From Podarcis muralis (lineage: Eukaryota), in assembly GCF_964188315.1 (NCBI RefSeq), contig NC_135667.1:11532001-11596000 (forward strand): a stretch of 64,000 nt of DNA, given 5' to 3'. The notes under the pieces were generated by a model. The model was not told the DNA's origin. It did no database searches and saw only the letters and a program-made list of their open reading frames with translations. The position numbers and the translations under genes are program-made. Each line of letters opens with the position of its first letter. The first letter of the stretch is position 1. Below are positions 58,588 to 64,000 of this stretch, piece by piece.

Positions 58588-61500
58588 TAAAAAGTCCACT
58601 TACTATATTCATCTGATAGCAGTGGTTGTGGCCTGGCATGGCTGCAGAAAATCTGGGGTGGTGGATATCCCTCAGCAAGTGGTCAGCTGACGGCAGCAGT
58701 ATGACTGATGGCCATGTGGGAAGTTGTGAAAAGACCACAAAATTTGAATTTGTTCTGCCCAATAGCAAGCAAGTTTAGCAGGTGTGACTATGGGATTACT
58801 GCCATTTGATTCATGAATTTCACTAGGTGCTATTTTGATGTGACTCTAGATGGTGGGATTTGCATTAAAAAAACAAAACACCTTTCTACATACAGTGGTG
58901 CCTCGCAAGACGAAATTAATTCGTTCCGCGAGTTTTGTCGTCTTGCGATTTTTTTCGTCTTGCGAAGCACGGTGTCGGAAAAGTTTTGGAAAAGCTTCAA
59001 AAATCACCAAAGTCTTCAAAAACCTCAAAAAAGGCTACCACACCGCGTGCTATGAGTTGCTCCTTGAAGTCAAGTCGCAACTGTATTAACGGTGTTAAGA
59101 AAAAGGAAACAAACTTGCAAGACGTTTCCGTCTTGTGAAGCAAGCCCATAGGGAAAATCGTCTTGCGAAGCAGCTAAAAAAACAAAAAAAAAAAACCCTT
59201 TCGTCTTGCGAGTTTTCCGTCTTGCGAGGCATTCGTCTTGCGAGGTACCACTGTAGAATACAATAAAAAAGCAATCTACATAAAGGAAAAGGGGGGGGGG
59301 AGAGAAAGAAAAGAGAAAGAGAAAGAGAAATAGAAAGAGGAAGAGGAAGAGAAAGAGGAGGGGGATATAAAGCCCTCTCCCAAATGTAGATCTTAACCCT
59401 TGTCTCTCATAAAAGGGGGTGGACCTTTCCAGCTGTAACCTAGGAGCTTCCTTTTTTTCTCCCAGGCTCCCACCTTGGCAGATCTTCCATCCCGTGCCTC
59501 TCATACAATGTATTTCACCTGCATCTATCTCCTTCCTGGGTGTACCAGAGTAGAGAACATCCAAAACAACAAAAACAAACAAACAAACAAAACACAACCC
59601 ACAAGCAAATGCAAAGTATAGTGGTAGCTCAGGTTACATACGCTTCAGGTTACAGACTCTGCTAAGCCAGAAATAGTACCTCGTGTTAAGAACTTTGCTT
59701 CAGGATGAGAACAGAAATCGTGCTCCGGCAGCGCGGCAGCAGCGGGAGGCCCAATTAGCTAAAGTGGTGCTTCAGGTTAAGAACAGTTTCAGGTTAAGAA
59801 CGGACCTCCGGAATGAATTAAGCTCTTAACCCAAGGTACCACTGTAGATTAACCAAAAAAGGAAAAGAGAAAAGGCTGAACGGGGGAAAAAGATTTTTTT
59901 AAAAATAGAAAAGAGAGACATAGAAATTAAATAAATATTACTTCCAATTCTCTGTCTGTCAATTATATATTAAAAAGTTAATCAAAATATTCAAAGTGTT
60001 CACTCCAGGATGGTATATAGCTGTATTCCAGGGTAATATCCAGCTGTTCCTTGTTCTACTAGGTGATGTTTCCCCAGTCCTCAATCCCATGAGCCTCAAG
60101 TTCATTCATTATCTATGTTGAATTTTCAACGTAGATAAAATTTTCATCTTATTTTTGAAAACTTTCTTTTCTCCTCCAGTGTATAGCAAACTTAATTATG
60201 CATTAAGTGAAGACCTGCTTTCTTCCCTCCCTTACACCCCATCTTTATGGAAAACTATGAATGTTGCCATCTGAGAGCCTGTGCAGTTATTTTCTCACCT
60301 GAGTGAAGCCACTATGCCATTTGATTCTGTCTGCATTAATGGTGAGCTCTTTGCCAGGAGGGGCCTGAGGATCCAGCCTCCCCACTTTGACCCTGACATA
60401 TGATCCATTTCGGAAAGTGACCAAGTTTGTAATATCAAAGCCAGCTGCTAACTCTCCATATTCATTTAATGTGATTTCATCACCAGCACTGTTGTTGAAC
60501 GAGATTCTCTGCAGGAATGATTGGACCTATGTGAAAAGAGAACCACAAGGTCTACAAAGTCAGGGAATGGGCAGGTGTGGGGGACTCTCTGGTCTTGAAT
60601 GCAGTAACTGTGCCTCTAAAGGACCAGGTGTGCAGTCTGGGGGTCATTTTGGACTGACAGCTATCCATGGAGGCACAGGTTATCTCATGCTTGGACTATT
60701 GCATGTGGTGCTGCCTTTGAAGATGACTCGGAAACTACAATTAATCCAGAATGCGGCAGCTAGACTGGTGACTGGGAGTGGCTGCTGGGACCATATAACA
60801 CCGGTCCTAAAGGATCTTTATTGGCTCCCAGTGCATTTCCGAGCACAATTCAAAGTGTTGGTGCTGACCTTTAAAGCCCTAAATGGCCACGGCCCATTAT
60901 ACCTGAAGGAGCATCTCCACCCCCATTGTTCCTCCTTCAAGGGTCTTCTGCTGGTTCCCTCACTGCGAGAAGTGAAGTTACAGGGAACTAGGCAGAGGGA
61001 CTTCTTGGTAGTGGTGCCCTTCCTGTGGAACACCCTGCCTTCAGATATCAAGAAAATAAACAGCTAACTGACTTTTAGAAGACATCTGAAGGCAGCCCTG
61101 TATTGGAAAATTATTAATGTTTTATGTTCTAGTATGTTTTGATATATGCTGTGAGCCACCCAGAGTGGTTAGGGAAACCCAGCCAGATGTTGTGTTTTGT
61201 TGTTGTTGTTAATTGGAGGGTGTGTGTGGCTTTCATTTCCTTCATTTCTGGAATCTCTGAATTTTGCTAGATCTCTGTATCATGTGTGCTGGAATTACCA
61301 AGGAAACCAGAAATTTTCATGGACTCTCCACCAGATTTTGAGAAACTTCAGAAAGCTACAAGGGTCATTTCAGGCAGTTTGATTTGCACTCCACTTGGCT
61401 AATCTGTGCTGTTAACCGTAGGTAAGAGGAATGCCTATGTAATCTAAAGTCTTTTTATTATTATAAGAACTTTTCTAATTCCAATCTCTGATATAACAAA

Positions 61501-62823
61501 ATTATTTTTAGTTATCAAGGTTTCTTTCTTTACTTATAGTGCATTGCCAATTTATATAATATATCAAGGCAGTGCACAACACAGAATATTTTGTAAACTG
61601 TACACTTTGTAACAGGAAACCCTACCTGCCAAGGTTTCAAATTCTGATGAGAGAGTCTTTCTCTACTCTCTGTTCCTTTGTGGTTGGCTCCAGCCGGAAA
61701 CATGATCTGTAAGGCATGTGCCAAAGCATAGACAGCATTGTAGATGCTGTAGCTGTGGCCGGTCATGCTCATTTCAAAAAATGATGCAGGAAGGCTCTCC
61801 AGCATCTCCTCTCCAGTACATGTGACATAAAAGTATTTTGACGCAGTGGAGTTTGAAAGTGAACAACCAAATGCTTGTTCCCATAAATCTTTGATAAAAC
61901 CATCACCATCTTCCCAATAAGGATTTACATGCTGAATAAAGTCTTGGAAGCTGTGAGTCTCCTTGGAGTGGATAGCAAAGGATAGAGCACCATGGAACAT
62001 TTGTATGTTAATACCAGTATTTTTTTGAACTGTATGTAATGTGAAATCAATTTGAGCTGTTGTAATCCACACTTTTCCTTCAGGTAACTTAATATGTGGA
62101 TGATATATTAACAGAGTTACCATCATTGTCTTTGCAGCATTTAACAGCCATGCAATAGATTGACTTCCTCCATATATAACAACAGCATTGGCTTTGCTCA
62201 TTATGAAAGCTCGTGTGAAGAGCTTTGATCCACGTACCACATCATCTACCGTATCGAACATGTTACCAGTGACATGCAGATGGTACCAAATCTTTTCTGT
62301 GAATGCTGAACAGATCCGATTCTTGTAAAGCATTGGTTCAATGATCTGCAAGAAATGTTCTCCAGCTTCATTATCTGGAGTGAGGAGCCCGACCCATTTC
62401 CATCCAAAATACAAAAGTAACTGGATAATTCCTTGATACTGAAGTCCTTCATTGGGGACCATGCGGTAAAAGGAAGGGAATTTGATTTGTTCATTCATGA
62501 CTGATTCAAATGAACCATATGAAATCTGAAAAAAGAAAAACCAAACTGTCCAAGTGGAAACAAGAACTCCCAACACATTTATCTGAATATAAGTGTTGTA
62601 AGTGTTGTAAACATTCCAGTTACTTTCAGATAAGTATCTGTTTATTGGGAAGATTGTCACAATGTGCTTTAGCTTTTATTCCCCACAATTTGAGGCAAGC
62701 TATTAACAGTCATTCCTTGCTAGATATTTCACCTGCCACTCTCTCTATATAGTGGTTTTTATGTTGATCTTTTCTGTGAACTGCCCTGAGACCTCTGGGT
62801 ATATGGCAGTATATACATTCTAA

Positions 62824-62855
<32 letters not shown>

Positions 62856-63941
62856 ATAAATCCTATATACTCAAATGTACTCATTTTAGGGACATAGAAA
62901 AATGCAGACAATTTGTGCTCAATAATTTCTGAAGCTATTCATTCTTAATATTATTGAGTCATCACATTTGTCTCCAAGTATTTGGAGTAGTTTGCTCATT
63001 GTAATGTACTGCTTTGGGCACTGCTAAGCGTATGATTCAACAAAACTTTCATGTGGAGCTGGAGCAATAGAAACCACTGATCCTCTTCTTCTGTTCTGTA
63101 ACCCTTTTAGTGATTGTAGAGAGAAGTTGATGCTCCATCTACTATGAACTCTTCAGAGAGTTTATAAGTAAACCATTTTTATTTTAACAAATGCGAGGTC
63201 TTTTTCTATGTAGGGGGGAAAGGGGAATATTCTGAAACTCACAATGACATATTTTAAAGGTCTACATGCTTATATTTCTGTGCTTTACTGTGCAGCACGT
63301 TTTGTGGTTTTAAATCTCTGCTGGGATTCTCTCATCAAAGAGTACTTGCCCCAAACCTGGATTTTGCTTCCAAGGAAGTCTCGTTTCTATATTTCATCTT
63401 TCCATTGTCACCAATGCTTGGAAATTTTCAAGCAATTAGCATTATATGCATTAAACACACATTCTTTGGAACATTGCCCTTCTCACCCACGTTATACCTC
63501 TCTAATATATTTATATACTGCAGTCTCTTTTACTCTTCCTTTTTTACCTGTCCATATTCATGAATCAGCAGGTTTCTAGTGGAAGGAGAGGGGGAGAGTT
63601 TATTATTGTGTGAAATTCCATTATTATTATTTTAATTCCCATATTCTACCTGTGGAATCTTGTAAAGACCTAAGATGTCTGCCATGCACAAAGAAGTCTC
63701 AGAGCCAAATCCCCCAATGACTCCTACTACACTTTTCTGGATGCTACATATGTAGTTGGGGAGAAAGTAACGCGATTTAAAGAGCAGATCCAGAGTGGTT
63801 CGGTAGGTCATCTTTGAATCATAATAGCTATCATAGATGTGGAACCCCAGAGTGACATTGGGCAACATCCTGGGATTCTCGTTGATCTCATCAATGGCAA
63901 ACACCAAGGCCAGGATGTGTTGGTACAACTTTGTCATCACC
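55976..63941 (-). CDS. V2R gene E (more divergent paralog), exons 2-6; exon 1 outside window
   Basis: Exons 63650-63941, 61626-62525, 60299-60526, 58010-58136, 55976-56877; canonical splice sites, open frame; ends REQLIRSKA*. Confidence 0.91.
57917..57952 (-). other. 36-bp partial tandem duplicate of the 3' part of gene E exon 5 (pseudo-exon)
   Basis: AG|ATCCATGCCCACATGAGATGTTCTCAAATGAGAAAT|GT, encoding (D)[11 protein letters not shown], 57 nt downstream of the exon-5 donor. Confidence 0.8.
58010..58136 (-). CDS. V2R E exon 5
   Basis: 127 bp, [14 protein letters not shown]...[17 protein letters not shown]. Confidence 0.9.
58265..58587 (+). mobile_element. L2-type 3' fragment with (ATT)n tail
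   Basis: TTCCACAGGGCCTAAAAAACAGAGTTGTTCCACCAGGCC ([13 protein letters not shown]-like) and AGCCACCCTGAG...ATAAATAATTTATTATT tail. Confidence 0.65.
58893..59253. mobile_element. Tc1/mariner-type MITE (third family), gene E intron 4
   Basis: TA|CAGTGGTGCCTCGCAAGACG...CGTCTTGCGAGGTACCACTG|TA with internal CGTCTTGCGA repeats. Confidence 0.85.
59619..59844. mobile_element. Tc1/mariner-type MITE, gene E intron 4
   Basis: Same family as 1701-1927, TA-flanked. Confidence 0.82.
60299..60526 (-). CDS. V2R E exon 4
   Basis: 228 bp, hand-translated [17 protein letters not shown]...WHSGFTQ. Confidence 0.9.
60660..61210 (+). mobile_element. L2 LINE 3' fragment, gene E intron 3
   Basis: LDYC...[15 protein letters not shown]...[21 protein letters not shown], typical L2 RT C-terminus, plus GAGCCACCCAGAGTGG tail. 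Confidence 0.88.
61626..62525 (-). CDS. V2R E exon 3
   Basis: 900 bp, ISYGSF...KPWQ. Confidence 0.92.
62823..62855. repeat. (TAG)n microsatellite
   Basis: Read directly. Confidence 0.9.
63650..63941 (-). CDS. V2R E exon 2
   Basis: 292 bp, [23 protein letters not shown]...KIPQ. Confidence 0.92.
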
Positions 63942-64000
63942 CTGCAAACGAAGTGAGTTACTGTTTTATGGGAGAATTAAACAGAGCATAAAATCTAGAA

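Noticed and set aside
59255-60200. Possible degraded L1 3' end around the gene E intron-4 MITEs
   Set aside because: Composition is suggestive but I could not read a convincing peptide or TSD.
60387-61067. 226-aa plus-strand ORF
   Set aside because: Chance fusion of antisense exon 4, intron and an L2 fragment; not a gene.
1-64000. CRISPR arrays, operons or other prokaryotic systems
   Set aside because: Spliced vertebrate genes and vertebrate TEs throughout; no regularly spaced repeat-spacer structure.

Overview
Eukaryotic (squamate reptile, probably a lacertid lizard judging by Sauria-SINE and Squam3-like SINE content) tandem cluster of vomeronasal type-2 receptor (V2R, class C GPCR) genes, all on the minus strand. 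Four complete 6-exon genes (here A 380-9858, B 12523-24230, C 26464-38110, D 40656-53882) and exons 2-6 of a more divergent fifth gene (E 55976-63941; exon 1 lies beyond the window). Every exon I traced has GT-AG boundaries, compatible phases and no in-frame stop. B and C share a near-identical block repeating at about 13.94 kb, while the 5' part of B is near-identical to D, so the array is a recombination mosaic. Introns carry many transposon relics: L1, L2, CR1, Penelope-like, Copia, solo LTRs, Sauria and Squam3-like SINEs, and Tc1/mariner-type MITEs. Most notable: (1) a minimal hammerhead ribozyme in the sense pre-mRNA of intron 3, intact in gene C and core-mutated in gene B, inside a Penelope-like fold-back insertion; (2) a 1.8-kb TSD-flanked poly(A) retroposon carrying one intact 196-aa ORF and no reverse transcriptase; (3) a partial exon-5 duplication in gene E that could yield a secreted receptor ectodomain; (4) the chimeric structure of gene B. 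All coordinates and alignments were read by eye; no database searches were run.
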